Assembly: GCF_058153355.1 (NCBI RefSeq)
Contig: NZ_CM177019.1
Direction: 5' to 3' (one strand)
DNA length: 64,000 bases
Position 1 is the first letter of the stretch; the number at the start of each line of letters is the position of its first letter. The notes under the pieces were generated by a model. The model ran no database searches and was not told the DNA's origin. It was given only the letters and a program-made list of their open reading frames with translations. This document shows positions 1 through 12,830 of the stretch, one piece after another. The position numbers and the translations under genes were made by a program.

Positions 1-114
1 CCGCGTATCCATGACGCGCGGCGTCACACCGCGAGCGAGGAAAAAGTCCACGCAAGAAAGCCCGGTGAGGCCCAGGCCGATAATGACGACATTTTTACCC
101 TGGTAATCAGCCAT
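1..114 (-). CDS. murD: UDP-N-acetylmuramoylalanine--D-glutamate ligase MurD, N-terminal 38 codons only (gene continues beyond window start)
   Basis: Reverse complement from the ATG at 112-114 reads [25 protein letters not shown]..., matching the MurD N-terminus; it lies directly downstream of mraY as in the dcw cluster. Confidence 0.85.
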
Positions 115-116
115 GA

Positions 117-1199
117 TTAACGTACCTTCAGCGTTGCCAGACCAATCAGGACCAGCATCAGCGAAATAATCCAGAAGCGCACAATGACACGCGGTTCCGG
201 CCAGCCTTTCAGTTCATAGTGGTGATGAATCGGTGCCATGCGGAAAATACGTTGTCCGCGCAGTTTAAAGGAGCCGACCTGCAAAATAACCGACAGGGTT
301 TCAACGACAAACACGCCGCCCATAATCACCAGCAGGAATTCCTGACGCAGCAGTACGGCGATAATGCCCAGCGCGCCACCTAACGCCAGCGAACCTACAT
401 CGCCCATAAAGACTTGCGCCGGATAGGTGTTAAACCACAGGAAGCCCAGCCCTGCCCCGACTATCGCGGTACAGACAATGACCAGTTCCCCGGCGTGTCG
501 CAGATACGGTATGTGTAAATAGCTGGCAAAGTTCATGTTGCCGGTTGCCCATGCCACCAGCGCAAAACCACCGGCGACGAATACAGTCGGCATAATCGCC
601 AGGCCATCAAGACCATCGGTCAGGTTTACCGCGTTGCCGGTGCCCACAATGACGAAGTAAGCCAGCAGAATGTAGAACAGCCCCAACTGCGGCATCACAT
701 CTTTAAAGAACGGGACCACCAGCTGCGTTGCGGGCGTGTCTTTCCCGGCAAGGTACAAAGCGAAAGCAACACCCAGCGCAATAACTGACATCCAGAAATA
801 CTTCCAGCGAGCAATCAACCCCTTGGTGTCTTTACGCACTACTTTGCGATAGTCATCAACGAAGCCAATAACACCGTAACCGACCAGCACGACCAACACG
901 CACCAGACATACGGGTTGGACGGGTATGCCCACAGCAGCACGGAGATCACAATCGCTGTCAGGATCATAATCCCGCCCATAGTCGGCGTACCGCGCTTGC
1001 TGAAGTGTGATTCAGGACCGTCGTTACGCACCACCTGACCAAAGGAGAGTTTTTGTAAATGAGCAATCATGCGCGGGCCCATCCACAATGAGATGAACAG
1101 CGCAGTCAGCAGGCTGACGATGGCACGAAACGTCAGATAGGAAAAGACGTTAAAGCCGGAATAATATTTGACCAAATGTTCGGCCAGCCAAACTAACAT
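117..1199 (-). CDS. mraY: Phospho-N-acetylmuramoyl-pentapeptide transferase MraY
   Basis: 360-aa ORF, a multi-pass membrane protein whose sequence matches E. coli MraY; in dcw cluster context, with its start overlapping the murF stop. Confidence 0.97.
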
Positions 1200-2551
1200 G
1201 TCCCATTCTCCTGTAAAGCGCGTACTACCTCTTCCATGGCAGCACTACGTGAACCCTTAACTAAAATTGTAATTACCTGTTGCTCAGCAATCAGTGATTT
1301 AAGACGTGTGATAAGCGCAGTTTTATCGGCAAAATGTTCACCAACGCCGCTGGCGGTACTGATAGCATGGCTTTGTTTACCCACACTTAACACGCGGTCA
1401 ATACCCGCCGCCTTCGCCGCTTCGCCCACCTGTACATGGCAGGCCTCGCTTTCAGCGCCCAGTTCCGCCATATCGCCCACCACCAGCACACGGTAGCCCG
1501 GCATTTCAGCCAGTACCTGAACAGCGGCGGTCATGGAGCCGACGTTAGCGTTGTAGGAGTCGTCGAGCAGCAACTGATTTTCCGCCAGTTGAATGGGGAA
1601 CAGACGGCCAGGAACAGCTTTCAGATTTGCCAGCCCCGCTTTAATAGCATCAAGCGTTGCGCCCACGGACATGGAGAGCGCAGCGGCTGCCAGCGCATTC
1701 GCAATATTGTGACGCCCCGGCAACGGCAGCAGAACATCGACGCTACCCGTTGGGGTTTGCAGCGTAAATTCCGTACCGTGCGAGGTCACGTGGATATTGG
1801 TGGCGGTGAAATCGCTGTTGTTAGCATTCGGTGAGAAGCGCCACACTTTGCGTGAGCCAATCACACTCTGCCAGTTCAGCCAGTCGTTGTTGTCGGCATT
1901 CATAATGGCGATACCGTTTTCCGGCAGACCGGTAAAGATTTCGCCTTTCGCTTTCGCGACCCCCGCAAGCGAGCCAAAACCTTCCAGATGCGCCGCCGCC
2001 AGATTGTTGACCAGCGCCGCTTCCGGGCGAGTCAGACTCACAGTCCAGGCAATTTCACCCTGATGGTTTGCACCAAGCTCAATAACTGCGTAATCGTACT
2101 CTGGCGTTAAGCGCAACAGCGTCATCGGTACACCGATGTCGTTGTTGAGATTGCCTGCCGTATAAAGCGTGTTGCCACACTGGCTTAAAATCGCTGCCGT
2201 CATCTCTTTAACGGAGGTTTTGCCGGAGGAACCGGTCAGAGCAACCACGCGCGCCGGAACTTGCTGGCGAACCCATGCAGCCAGTTCACCAAACGCCAGA
2301 CGAGTATCCTTGACGATTACCTGCGGCAGATCGATATCCAGCGGACGGCTAACCAGTAGTGCACCCGCACCGCCAGCTTTCGCCTGGTCAGCAAAATCAT
2401 GGGCATCGAAACGTTCGCCTTTCAGGGCAACAAACAGGCAGCCCGGCGTCAGTTTTCGCGTGTCAGTGGTTACAGCATCAAGGGTAATATCTGCACCTTG
2501 CAGTTCACCGTTGAGAATATCGGTAAGTTGGCTAAGGGTTACGCTAATCAT
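1193..2551 (-). CDS. murF: UDP-MurNAc-tripeptide--D-Ala-D-Ala ligase MurF
   Basis: 452-aa ORF starting [27 protein letters not shown] with the Mur ligase motif GSSGKTS; overlaps murE and mraY. Confidence 0.97.
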
Positions 2552-4035
2552 GCAATCACCCCCAGCAGACGCGCCACCGTGACGCGATCGGAGTAGTCCA
2601 GACGCTGATTGCCAACAATCTGGTAATCCTCATGACCTTTGCCCGCGACCAGTACCACATCATTCTCTTTAGCCTGCATAACGGCGCAAGTCACCGCTTC
2701 AGCACGGCCTTCCATCACTTTGGCATGTCCGGCATCTAACATTCCCGCCAGAATATCGTTGATGATAGCGCGCGGTTCTTCGGTACGCGGGTTATCGTCC
2801 GTTACCACCGCCACGTCAGCAAATTCTTCCGCAATCGCGCCCATCAAGGGACGTTTGCCTTTATCACGATCGCCACCACAGCCAAAGACGCACCACAGCT
2901 TGCCTGCACAGTGAAGCCGTGCAGCCTGCAAGGCTTTTTCCAGTGCATCCGGCGTATGCGCGTAATCCACCACCACCGTTGGTTTGCCAGGCGCAGTGAA
3001 CACTTCCATACGCCCGCAGACGGGCTGCAGACGAGCAGCGGTTTTCAGCAGATCAGCCAGTGGATAGCCCAGCGCCAGCAGCGTCGTCAGCGCCAGCAGC
3101 AGGTTGCTGACGTTAAAAGCGCCCATCAGATGGCTTTCAATTTCGCCATCGCCCCAGCTTGAGCTAAAGCGAATAGTCGCACCGCTGTCGTGATAGTTCA
3201 CTTCAGTCGCTTTCAACCAGCGTCCGTGACAGTTCGGATTGATATGACCTTCCATTGATACCGCAACCGCGTCCGGCAGTTTTGCCAGCCAGCGGCGGCC
3301 CACTTCATCGTCGGCGTTAATAATCGCCTGACCGCAATGATGCTCAGAATAAAGCAGCCATTTCGCCGCTTCGTAGTGTTCCATATCACCATGGTAATCA
3401 AGGTGATCGCGGCTCAAGTTGGTAAAGACTGACGCCGCAAATTTCAATGCCGCCACACGGTGCTGTACCAGCCCGTGGGAGGAAACTTCCATTGCGCAAA
3501 AAGTCGCGCCCTGCTCCACCAGCCCCGCCAGCTCATGCTGAACGTCGACTGCCGAACCGGTGGTATTTTCTGTTGGGATCACTTTTCCCAGCAGGCCATT
3601 ACCAACAGTACCCATTACCGCGCTTGTTTCGCCAAGCAGTTGGCTCCACTGCGCCAGAAGCTGAGTAGTCGTAGTTTTGCCGTTGGTGCCCGTTACGCCC
3701 ACGAGACGTAAATTGTCAGAGGGTTCATGGTAAAAGCGGCCCGCCAGTGCAGATAAACGCTCATTGAGCTGGCTGAGATAGATGACCGGTACGCCGTGCA
3801 TTTCACGGATTTCACCGTCGGTCGCCTCATCTTTCGCCTCTGCAATAATGGCAGCCACACCTTGCGCTATCGCCTGCGGGATATATCGACGCCCGTCCGC
3901 CTGATGACCTACTACAGCTACAAAGAGATCGCCCGCCGCAGCCACACGGCTGTCGAGTGTCATCTCTCGCAGTGCTCGCGAAGGTGCGTCTGGCACCCAC
4001 GGAGCAAGAAGGTCGCGCAAATTACGATCTGCCAC
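2548..4035 (-). CDS. murE: UDP-MurNAc-L-Ala-D-Glu--meso-diaminopimelate ligase MurE
   Basis: 495-aa ORF starting [30 protein letters not shown] with the motif GTNGKTT; 4-nt overlap with murF. Confidence 0.97.
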
Positions 4036-5788
4036 CTGTCCCCTCGCCTTGATTAATCACAAATTCATTTTTATCGCCCGTTGTCAGCGCATCCGGCTCG
4101 ATGTTCATGGTACGCAATACGCCGCCCATGATGGCACCAAAGACCGGCGCGGAAACGGCGCCGCCGTAGTATTTACCCGCCTGCGGATCGTTGATAACAA
4201 CAACCAGCGCGAAGCGCGGCTGACTCGCAGGCGCAACGCCTGCGGTATAAGCAATATATTTATTGATGTAGCGACCGTCCGGCCCGACCTTTTTCGCGGT
4301 ACCGGTTTTAATGGCGATACGATAGCCTTTAATCGCCGCCTTCACGCCGCCGCCGCCCGGTAGCGCCACGCTTTCCATCATATGCACTACGGTGCGAACA
4401 ATGGATTCCGGGAAGACACGTTCACCGGGAACCGGGGGGTCAACTTTGGTAATCGACAGTGGGCGATAAATGCCGTAGCTGCCGATAGTTGCGTAGACTC
4501 GCGCTAACTGTAACGGTGTTACCATTAGCCCGTAGCCGAAAGAGAAGGTGGCCCTCTCTATGTCAGACCACCGTTGTTTTTGAGGATATAAGCCACTGCG
4601 TTCTCCGACCAACCCCAAATTGGTCGCTTTTCCCAGTCCAAAACGTGAGTAAGTATCTACTAACGCTGAGGACGGCATCGCTAACGCCAGTTTGGAAACA
4701 CCGACGTTACTCGACTTCTGTAATACCCCGGTCAGGGTTAATTCGCTGTAGCGTGCCACGTCTTTGATTTCGTGGCCGTTAATTCGATAAGGAACGGTAT
4801 TCAGTACCGAGTTTTCCCGCACTACGCCACGTTGCAACGCGGTCATCACCACCATCGGTTTAACCGTTGAGCCCGGTTCAAAGACGTCGGTAATGGTACG
4901 GTTACGCATCGCCTCTTTCGGCGTGCCACTCAGATTGTTTGGGTTGTATGACGGGCTGTTAGCCATCGCCAACACTTCACCGGTGTTGACATCCACCAGC
5001 ACGGCGCTACCAGATTCAGCTTTGTTAAAGGCCACCGCGTTGTTCAGTTCGCGATAAACCAGCGCCTGCAGGCGTTCATCAATACTCAGCGCCAGGTTGT
5101 GCGCCGCCTGACTGTCGGTGGAAGAGATATCTTCAATTACGCGACCATAGCGGTCTTTACGCACAATGCGCTCACCCGGCTGCCCGGTAAGCCATTTATC
5201 GAAACTCTTCTCGACGCCCTCAATCCCCTGACTATCGACGTTAGTAAAGCCGATGAGGTGAGCGGTCACTTCGCCGGATGGATAATAACGGCGAGATTCT
5301 TCACGCAGATGAATCCCCGGCAGTTTCAGTTTTTTGATGTACTCTGCCATGTCAGGGTTTACCTGACGCGCCAGATAAATAAAGCGCCCTTTCGGGTTGG
5401 CATTAATGCGGGCGGAAAGTTGATCCAGCGGAATATTGAGCGCGTTAGCCAGCGCCTTCCAGCGGTCACCGACGCTGATACCACCAGCGTCATGCACCTC
5501 TTTCGGGTCAGCCCAAATCGCTTTTACCGGCACGCTCACCGCTAACGGGCGACCAGAACGGTCAGTAATCATGCCGCGGGAGGTAGAAACTTGCTGAACG
5601 CGAAGAGAACGCATGTCGCCCTCTTTCACCAGCATATCCGGGGAGATGACTTGTAACCACGCTACGCGTCCGAGCAGAAAAGCCAGCGCCAGGAGAATAC
5701 AGCCGCATAACAACGCAAAACGCCAACTGATAAAGTTGGCATGTTCTTCCTGACGTTTTGGTTTCTGCGTTTTCGCCGCTGCTTTCAT
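4022..5788 (-). CDS. ftsI: Peptidoglycan D,D-transpeptidase FtsI (PBP3)
   Basis: 588-aa ORF with an N-terminal membrane anchor and the transpeptidase motifs STVK, SSN and KTG; sits between ftsL and murE. Confidence 0.97.
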
Positions 5789-5803
5789 GCGTCGCGTTTA
5801 TCC

Positions 5804-6169
5804 TTATTTTTGCACTACGATATTTTCTTGTGACGGATCAACATGCTGCATTTGCAGCTTTTCCGTGGCGATCCTTTCCACCCGGCTATGGTCGCCGAGC
5901 GCATTCTCTTCAAGGATCAGGTTGCGCCATTCAATGTCTAAAGCATCTCGCTCCAGCACCAGTTGTTCGCGCTGAGCGGTCAGCAAACGGGTGTGGTGCG
6001 CCGTGGTTACCACGGTCACCGCCGTCAAAATAATGCAAATGAACAGGCAGAGTGGCAGCTTCCCAAATCGCAATAGATCGTCACCGATAACACCAGGCAA
6101 TGCATGGCGCTCGTGGCTTCCCATCGATCCTTTAACTTTGCTTAGAGCTTCTGTCACTCTGCTGATCAT
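5804..6169 (-). CDS. ftsL: Cell division protein FtsL
   Basis: 121-aa ORF ([14 protein letters not shown]...) with a single transmembrane segment and a leucine-zipper-like tail; lies between rsmH and ftsI. Confidence 0.95.
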
Positions 6170-7107
6170 GCGTTCGTCCTCTCTGCAATACGCAGAACTG
6201 AACTACGGGCACGAGGGTTCTCAGCCACCTCTTCTTCGCCCGGCATTAACTTGCCTAGTGCTCGCAGCTGACGGCCACCCAGTTTTTTGAGCTGCTCTTC
6301 AGTCATCGGTAACCCTGCCGGAACTTGCGGACCGCGGCTGTTTTCACGCATAAAGCGCTTCACAATGCGGTCTTCCAGCGAGTGGAAGCTGATAATTGAA
6401 AGCCGCCCACCCGGGGCCAGCACGTTGAGCGAGCTTTTTAGCGCCTGCTCTATCTCCTCCAGTTCACTGTTTACCCAAATGCGCACCGCCTGGAAGGTAC
6501 GGGTCGCGGGATGTTTAAACTTATCTTTCACCGGTGTTGCGGCAGCCACGACTTCCGCCAGTTCTTTGGTGCGGGTCATCGGCTGTTCGCGGTTTCGCTC
6601 GACAATGGCGCGGGCAATGCGTTTGGCAAAACGCTCTTCACCATAGGTTTTCAATACCCAGGCGATATCGGCTTCTTCTGCGGTTTGTAGCCATTCAGCG
6701 GCTGACTGCCCACGGGTTGGGTCCATACGCATGTCCAGCGGACCATCGCGCATAAAGGAAAAGCCGCGTTCAGCATCATCAAGTTGCGGTGAAGAGACGC
6801 CAAGATCGAGGAGAATGCCGTCGATCTTGCCGATAAGATCGCGCTCGGCAACATATTCGCCCAGCGCGGAGAAAGGTCCGTGGATGATGGAGAAGCGCGG
6901 ATCATCAATAGTCTTCGCAACGGCGATAGCCTGCGGGTCGCGATCGATCGCCAGCAAACGCCCCTCTTCGCCAAGCTGCGAGAGGATCAGACGTGAGTGA
7001 CCACCGCGACCAAAAGTCCCATCAATGTAGATGCCATCAGGACGGATATTGAGGCCATTAACGGCTTCATCCAGCAGCACCGTAGTATGTTTATAGTTTT
7101 CCATCAT
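6166..7107 (-). CDS. rsmH: 16S rRNA m4C1402 methyltransferase RsmH (MraW)
   Basis: The ORF-track entry of 356 aa is over-extended; the canonical N-terminus [19 protein letters not shown] starts at the cat/ATG at 7105-7107, giving 313 aa. 4-nt overlap with ftsL. Confidence 0.93.
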
Positions 7108-7108
7108 T

Positions 7109-7567
7109 TTATAGAGACAAGTCCTGCAGTCGCTCCGATAAGTCTCCAGTAGCCAACTGCTCTGCGTCGATATCTTCCTTGACCTGTTGATGCCAGGTTG
7201 TTTCATCCCACAGCTCAAACTTGTTGAACTGTCCAACCAGCATCACTTCTTTTGTCAGACCGGCATGTTGCCGCAGTACTGGCGCGATTAACAATCGACC
7301 GGCGCCATCCATCTGACATTCGCTGGCATGACCTAACAGAAGGCGCTGCACACGGCGCTCAACCGGGTTCATGCTCGACAGACGCGATAATTTTTGCTCG
7401 ATAATTTCCCATTCAGGCAGGGGGTAAAGCAGCAGGCACGGGTGATGAATGCCAATGGTGCAAACCATTTGACCGGCAGCGTTCTCAAGCAGCTGTTCCC
7501 GATAACGGGTAGGCACTGATAAGCGCCCTTTGCTGTCGAGATTGACTAACGTTGCTCCCCGGAACAT
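7109..7567 (-). CDS. mraZ: Transcriptional regulator MraZ
   Basis: Canonical start [19 protein letters not shown] at 7567 (152 aa); the ORF-track 164-aa version is an upstream extension. Confidence 0.93.
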
Positions 7568-7680
7568 GCCAGCCTCACCCCTTATTCCCACTTTGCCCCA
7601 CAATTTCCCACTGAAAGGAGTTTACGGAGCGGAGGAAAAGCTTGTCAAGCCAGTCACAAGGCATACCGAGGTAAAAAACC
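7568..7680 (-). promoter_or_regulatory. Pmra promoter region with three TGGGN direct repeats (MraZ operator-like)
   Basis: The minus strand reads ...cTTGACAag...TAAACT...gTGGGAaattgTGGGGcaaagTGGGAataag...ATG(mraZ): a sigma70-like -35/-10 pair followed by three TGGGN repeats at 10-bp phasing (window 7586-7610). Confidence 0.6.
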
Positions 7681-8167
7681 CGATGTTTACGGCTAATATC
7701 AGCGTTGTTTATTTTACGTCCAACGTGCGAAGCAAATTAACGTTATGAATAGCTGTAAGAAAAAATCCCTCATCGTCATCACCGTTTTAAAATGACTAAC
7801 TATTTTCCACAGCAAATATAAAGTGTCAGTTTGCGACGCGAGCGGCATTTTAGGACATATCTTCCCCGGTTAACAGTCCCTGTTGCGTCTGTGTGGCGCT
7901 TGATGCCAGCAGGTTTGCGCAAAAGCAAAGAAAAGTGTTTGTTAAATCGGCAATTCATCTCTGCATGTAACAAAATAATGCAAAAACGCTCTGTCAATAT
8001 TGCTTAATTATTGTGAATTTCAGCAGGTGAGTTAATTAATGGGCGGGTTTAAAAGCATTTATCAATAATAGCCAGGAATAGTCTTATTTACTTTAAGGAT
8101 ATTGATGTCCATTCCCGTACTCGACGCGCCAATGAGAAATTCACTGGCGCGTATTTTTGTTCGCGGC

Positions 8168-9172
8168 TTAGTTACGGCTGAGCACGCCGCGGCGATAGAG
8201 ATTACGTTTAATGCGTGTTAACCCAGGTTTTGGCTTACGCGGTTCGTCCAGGCTTGCCAGGACAATTTCCAGCACACGCTCTGCGACATCGCGGTGACGT
8301 TGAGCCACTGCCAGCACCGGGCACTGTAAGAAGTCGAGCAGTTCGTTATCGCCAAAGGTGGCAATTGCCAGGTCAGAAGGCAGTTTGCCATCGCGACGCA
8401 GCGTGACATCCATCACCCCTTGCAACAACGCAAACGACGTTGTGAACAGCGCCTGCGGCATCGGATGCGTTTCCAGCCATTTTTCGAATAACTGGGCAGC
8501 CGCCTCCCGCTCATAACTGTTGGCATAAAGGAAATGCACTTCGCGCGGATCATCTTTCCAGGCAGTACGGAAACCTTGCTCACGCAAGAAGCTCACAGAA
8601 AGCTCCGGCAGCGCGCCAAGATAAAGCACCGTCTCGGCGGGAAACTTACGTAACTCTTCCGCCAGCATTTCGGCATCATCCTGATCGGCACCAACCACGC
8701 TGGTGAAGTGTTCACGATCGAGGGCGCGATCCAGCGCGACAATCGGGAACGGGTCGTTAGCCCAGCGTTGATAAAAAGGATGCTCTGGTGGCAACGACGT
8801 CGAAACAATAATGGCATCAACCTGACGCTGTAGAAGATGCTCAATACAACGCATTTCGTTGTCTGGCTGATCTTCTGAGCAAGCAATCAGCAGTTGATAA
8901 CCCCGTTGCCGCGCCTGACGTTCAAGATAATTAGCGATGCGGGTATAGCTAGTGTTCTCCAGATCGGGGATCACAAGACCAATAGAACGTGTGCGTCCAG
9001 CACGAAGCCCAGCTGCCACGGCGTTCGGGTGGTAATTGTGCTCACGCACCACAGCCATGACTTTTTCAACGGTTTTGTCGCTCACACGGTATTGCTTCGC
9101 TTTGCCGTTAATAACATAGCTTGCAGTGGTCCGCGACACTCCCGCTAGCCGAGCGATTTCATCCAGTTTCAC
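8168..9172 (-). CDS. cra: Catabolite repressor/activator Cra (FruR), LacI family
   Basis: 334-aa ORF starting [38 protein letters not shown] with an N-terminal HTH; matches Cra over its full length. Confidence 0.97.
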   Translation of the reverse strand: MKLDEIARLAGVSRTTASYVINGKAKQYRVSDKTVEKVMAVVREHNYHPNAVAAGLRAGRTRSIGLVIPDLENTSYTRIANYLERQARQRGYQLLIACSEDQPDNEMRCIEHLLQRQVDAIIVSTSLPPEHPFYQRWANDPFPIVALDRALDREHFTSVVGADQDDAEMLAEELRKFPAETVLYLGALPELSVSFLREQGFRTAWKDDPREVHFLYANSYEREAAAQLFEKWLETHPMPQALFTTSFALLQGVMDVTLRRDGKLPSDLAIATFGDNELLDFLQCPVLAVAQRHRDVAERVLEIVLASLDEPRKPKPGLTRIKRNLYRRGVLSRN

Positions 9173-9351
9173 AATTGCCCCTTGCGTAAAATGTAAAAAC
9201 CATAGCCATTGTACTGGTATGGGTTAAATTCATTAACATCTAAGCGCAGAAAATTAACTGCGGCAACTGCTTTTATTCCAGGTTCCCACTGAATTCGCAA
9301 AAAAAGCCCAACGTGACATGTTGGGCTGCAAATTGCGCATTGAGATCATTC

Positions 9352-9843
9352 TCAACGCATTATTTTATCGCCGCGCGAAAGTCCAACTACACCAGAGCGA
9401 GCAACTTCCACAATTTTCGCCACATCGCGAATCGATGCTAAAAATGCATCAAGCTTATCGCTGGTGCCTGCCAGTTGGACGGTGTAAAGCGATGGCGTGA
9501 CATCGATGATTTGCCCACGAAATATTTCCGTATTGCGCTTCACTTCGTCACGTCCGTAGCCGCTGGCCTGAATTTTCACCAGCATAATTTCCCGCTCGAC
9601 GTGTGCCCCCTGCCCCAGCTCGCTCACGCGCAAGACATCGACCAGTTTGTGTAATTGCTTTTCGATCTGCTCAAGCACTTTTTCATCGCCCACGGTCTGG
9701 ATGGTCATACGCGATAATGTCGGATCGTCGGTGGGCGCAACGGTCAGGCTTTCAATGTTGTAGCCACGTTGGGAAAAAAGGCCAATCACGCGGGATAACG
9801 CGCCTGATTCATTTTCGAGTAAGACTGATAATATCCGGCGCAT
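9352..9843 (-). CDS. ilvH: Acetolactate synthase III small (regulatory) subunit IlvH
   Basis: Canonical start [19 protein letters not shown] (163 aa) at 9843; lies 2 nt downstream of the ilvI stop. Confidence 0.95.
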   Translation of the reverse strand: MRRILSVLLENESGALSRVIGLFSQRGYNIESLTVAPTDDPTLSRMTIQTVGDEKVLEQIEKQLHKLVDVLRVSELGQGAHVEREIMLVKIQASGYGRDEVKRNTEIFRGQIIDVTPSLYTVQLAGTSDKLDAFLASIRDVAKIVEVARSGVVGLSRGDKIMR

Positions 9844-9845
9844 AA

Positions 9846-11570
9846 TCAGGTTCTCTCCGTTTTGCTTAACCACATTTCATCCATTCCGCCCCCGCGAATC
9901 TGCATCGGGTAGACGTGCTCACTGCCATCGACGGTAACATCAACAAACACCAGACGATTATTGCGCACCTGTTCCAGCGCCTCACTAAGTTTGCTTTCCA
10001 GCTCTTGCGGATGAGAAATCTGGATCCCAACATGCCCATAGGCTTCCGCCAGACGGACGAAATCGGGTAGCGATTGCATATAAGATTGTGAATGGCGGCC
10101 GGAATAGATCATGTCCTGCCACTGCTTCACCATCCCCAGATAGCGATTATTGAGATTCACCACCAATACCGGCAACTCGTATTGCAAGGCGGTAGACAGT
10201 TCCTGAATGTTCATCTGAATACTGCCGTCACCAGTGACGCAAACCACGGTTTCTTCTGGCAGCGCCATTTTGACGCCCAGTGCCGCAGGTAAACCAAACC
10301 CCATCGTGCCGAGGCCACCAGAGTTAATCCAGCGACGCGGTTTGTCGAAAGGATAATAAAGTGCGGCGAACATCTGGTGCTGCCCGACATCAGACGTCAC
10401 GTAAGCGTCCCCCTTCGTCAGTCGCCAAAGAGTCTCGATAACCGCCTGCGGTTTAATCTTTTCACTGTGAATATCGTATTTCAGGCACTGACGAGCACGC
10501 CACTGTTCAATCTGCTGCCACCAATCGCGGATCTCATCCAGCGGTTGATGGGCAGATTCTTGCGACAGGAGTTCAAGTATTTGTTCGAGGACCTGGCGGG
10601 CATCTCCAACAATCGGGATATCAGCAGTCACAGTTTTAGAAATGGAAGTAGGATCAATATCGATATGCAGAACCGTGGCATTTGGGCAGTACTTCGCCAA
10701 ATTGTTCGTCGTTCGATCATCAAAACGTACCCCGACGGCAAAAATCACATCCGCGTTATGCATCGTCATATTGGCTTCGTAGGTACCGTGCATTCCCAAC
10801 ATGCCCAGTGCCTGACGATGCGTTGCTGGAAACGCCCCCAGCCCCATTAATGAGGAAACAACGGGCAGATTCAACGCCTCCACCGTGTCTTTCAACTGCT
10901 GATGGCAGCCCGCCGTGATTGCCCCACCGCCTACATACACAACCGGTTTTTTTGCCGCCACCAGCGTTTGCAGAGCGCGCTTAATTTGCCCTTTATGTCC
11001 GGAGGTCGTGGGATTATAAGACCGCATACTGACCGACTCCGGCCAGACATAGGGTAATTTGTTCGCCGGATTTAGAATATCTTTCGGTAAATCAACGACC
11101 ACGGGTCCAGGACGACCACTTGCCGCCAGCCAGAAAGCCTTTTTCAGCACCTGCGGAATGTCTTCCGTTTGCTTAACCAGAAAACTGTGCTTCACCACTG
11201 GGCGGGAAATTCCCACCATGTCGCACTCCTGAAAAGCATCGTAGCCTATCAACGAAGTTGCTACCTGCCCGGAAAGAACAACCAAGGGAATGGAGTCCAT
11301 ATAAGCGGTGGCGATGCCGGTAATCGCATTGGTCGCCCCTGGCCCCGATGTTACCAGCACGACGCCGACTTCCCCGGTCGCGCGTGCCAGACCATCGGCC
11401 ATATGCACCGCCGCCTGCTCATGACGAACTAATACATGATCGATACCACCCACGGTATGCAATGCATCGTAAATATCAAGGACCGCGCCTCCGGGATAAC
11501 CGAATACTTGTTTAACGCCCTGATCGATAAGCGATCGGACGACCATCTCGGCTCCAGACAACATCTCCAT
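9846..11570 (-). CDS. ilvI: Acetolactate synthase III large subunit IlvI
   Basis: Canonical start [28 protein letters not shown] at 11570 (574 aa); TPP-enzyme motifs present. Confidence 0.95.
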   Translation of the reverse strand: MEMLSGAEMVVRSLIDQGVKQVFGYPGGAVLDIYDALHTVGGIDHVLVRHEQAAVHMADGLARATGEVGVVLVTSGPGATNAITGIATAYMDSIPLVVLSGQVATSLIGYDAFQECDMVGISRPVVKHSFLVKQTEDIPQVLKKAFWLAASGRPGPVVVDLPKDILNPANKLPYVWPESVSMRSYNPTTSGHKGQIKRALQTLVAAKKPVVYVGGGAITAGCHQQLKDTVEALNLPVVSSLMGLGAFPATHRQALGMLGMHGTYEANMTMHNADVIFAVGVRFDDRTTNNLAKYCPNATVLHIDIDPTSISKTVTADIPIVGDARQVLEQILELLSQESAHQPLDEIRDWWQQIEQWRARQCLKYDIHSEKIKPQAVIETLWRLTKGDAYVTSDVGQHQMFAALYYPFDKPRRWINSGGLGTMGFGLPAALGVKMALPEETVVCVTGDGSIQMNIQELSTALQYELPVLVVNLNNRYLGMVKQWQDMIYSGRHSQSYMQSLPDFVRLAEAYGHVGIQISHPQELESKLSEALEQVRNNRLVFVDVTVDGSEHVYPMQIRGGGMDEMWLSKTERT

Positions 11571-11885
11571 GGCCTGCCTCACTGTTTAACGGAAAAATGT
11601 GTAAAACACATTAACCGCCCGATCTTGCTTAAGCAATTGGTAGCCAGAGACATAAATACGAGGTAATAAGAATAAACAGGAGGAAAGGTGAAAAGAAACG
11701 ATAAAATCCTCCATTACGGAGGATTAAATTGATAATAAATCGGCTAAATCCCACAACTTACAGCAATTTCTCTATTTTTTAATTAATCCTAAAATAGTGA
11801 ACTCACACATTCAGAATAAAATTCTATATTCAATAAAAAATACAGAATAAATCAGTAATCAATATCTGACCTATTCTGCATTCAG
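11571..11885 (-). promoter_or_regulatory. ilvIH upstream regulatory region (Lrp-controlled promoter in E. coli)
   Basis: 315-bp AT-rich non-coding region upstream of ilvI; the function is assigned from established knowledge of ilvIH regulation, and individual sites were not mapped. Confidence 0.4.
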
Positions 11886-12830
11886 TTAGCGTTTGCAAAT
11901 TGAGACTAATTGCTCTTCCATCCACTGATGGCCTTTGTCGCGCCCGGCAGCTTCATGCCAGGAGAGATAACAGGTTCTGCTATTTTGTTTTAATGGCAGC
12001 GGTAATACCTGTAACTCTAAAGATTCAGCGAACTCTTCAGCCAGCCAACGCGGCGCAATAGCGACCAGATGCGTTTGCGACACCACGCTCAGTACACTCA
12101 TCATTGCCATGCCCTGATACGCGATACTGGCTTGTTTATCTACCGTGTCATACCACGGTTGACTAAATGACGCGAAACGATCGAGCGAAACTGCCGCATG
12201 TTGTTCGTTATAAACATCATGTTTCAGTAACGGGCCTTTAATTGTTGGATGATTTTTGCTGGCTACCAGCACCATTTCATCTTTAAATAATGGCACACTG
12301 GTAAATTCAGGACGATGGAAGTCTTCATAACTAATCACAAACTCCGTTTCCTGATAACGCAGTTGATGTTCAGTGTTCTGATTTAATGAAGACTTGAACA
12401 TAACATGTATATTTGGCGCAGTTTGCTCAATGTGATTATATATCTGCGAGGTCAGAATGCTGTCTAACGGACTGCAAACACAAAGATGAAATACACGTTC
12501 ACTGCTCGCGGGTTCAAAACCTGAACCTGGCAATTCATTTTGTACTAATTGCAATGCCTGACGAACTGAACCAAAAAGTTGAAATGCGCGAGCAGTCGGT
12601 TGAATGCCACGGCCATAACGAACAAAAAGCTCGTCATTAAACATCACCTTCAGGCGTGCAACCGCGTTACTGACCGCAGGTTGCGACATCCCCAGAACAT
12701 GAGCGGCACGGGTGATGTTTTGCTCCTGCATCACGGCATCGAAAACGGTTAATAAGTTGAGATCGACCATGCGTAGTTGTGGCTTGCTTAACTCCGCCGT
12801 CTCTGGTTGCTCTGTTTGTACCTCTGGCAT
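11886..12830 (-). CDS. leuO: LysR-family transcriptional regulator LeuO
   Basis: Canonical start [30 protein letters not shown] at 12830 (314 aa); the ORF-track 342-aa version is over-extended. Confidence 0.93.
   Translation of the reverse strand: MPEVQTEQPETAELSKPQLRMVDLNLLTVFDAVMQEQNITRAAHVLGMSQPAVSNAVARLKVMFNDELFVRYGRGIQPTARAFQLFGSVRQALQLVQNELPGSGFEPASSERVFHLCVCSPLDSILTSQIYNHIEQTAPNIHVMFKSSLNQNTEHQLRYQETEFVISYEDFHRPEFTSVPLFKDEMVLVASKNHPTIKGPLLKHDVYNEQHAAVSLDRFASFSQPWYDTVDKQASIAYQGMAMMSVLSVVSQTHLVAIAPRWLAEEFAESLELQVLPLPLKQNSRTCYLSWHEAAGRDKGHQWMEEQLVSICKR

Noticed and set aside
1236-4363. Numerous ORF-track entries (60-150 aa) on the plus strand overlapping murF, murE and ftsI
   Set aside because: They are antisense to long, well-supported dcw-cluster genes, lack ribosome-binding sites, and are of the kind GC-rich coding DNA produces by chance on the opposite strand.
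6166-7236. Over-extended N-termini in the ORF track for rsmH, mraZ, ilvI, ilvH, leuO, sgrR, thiB, thiQ, araC, djlA, apaG, kefC, fixA, caiC, caiD, caiE and caiF
   Set aside because: In each case the well-known N-terminal sequence begins at an internal Met or GTG; the extensions read into upstream genes or regulatory DNA. Coordinates were trimmed accordingly.
7800-7997. 65-aa ORF in the mraZ-cra intergenic region
   Set aside because: Cys/Arg-rich low-complexity translation with no convincing ribosome-binding site, in a region that serves as promoter DNA for mraZ.
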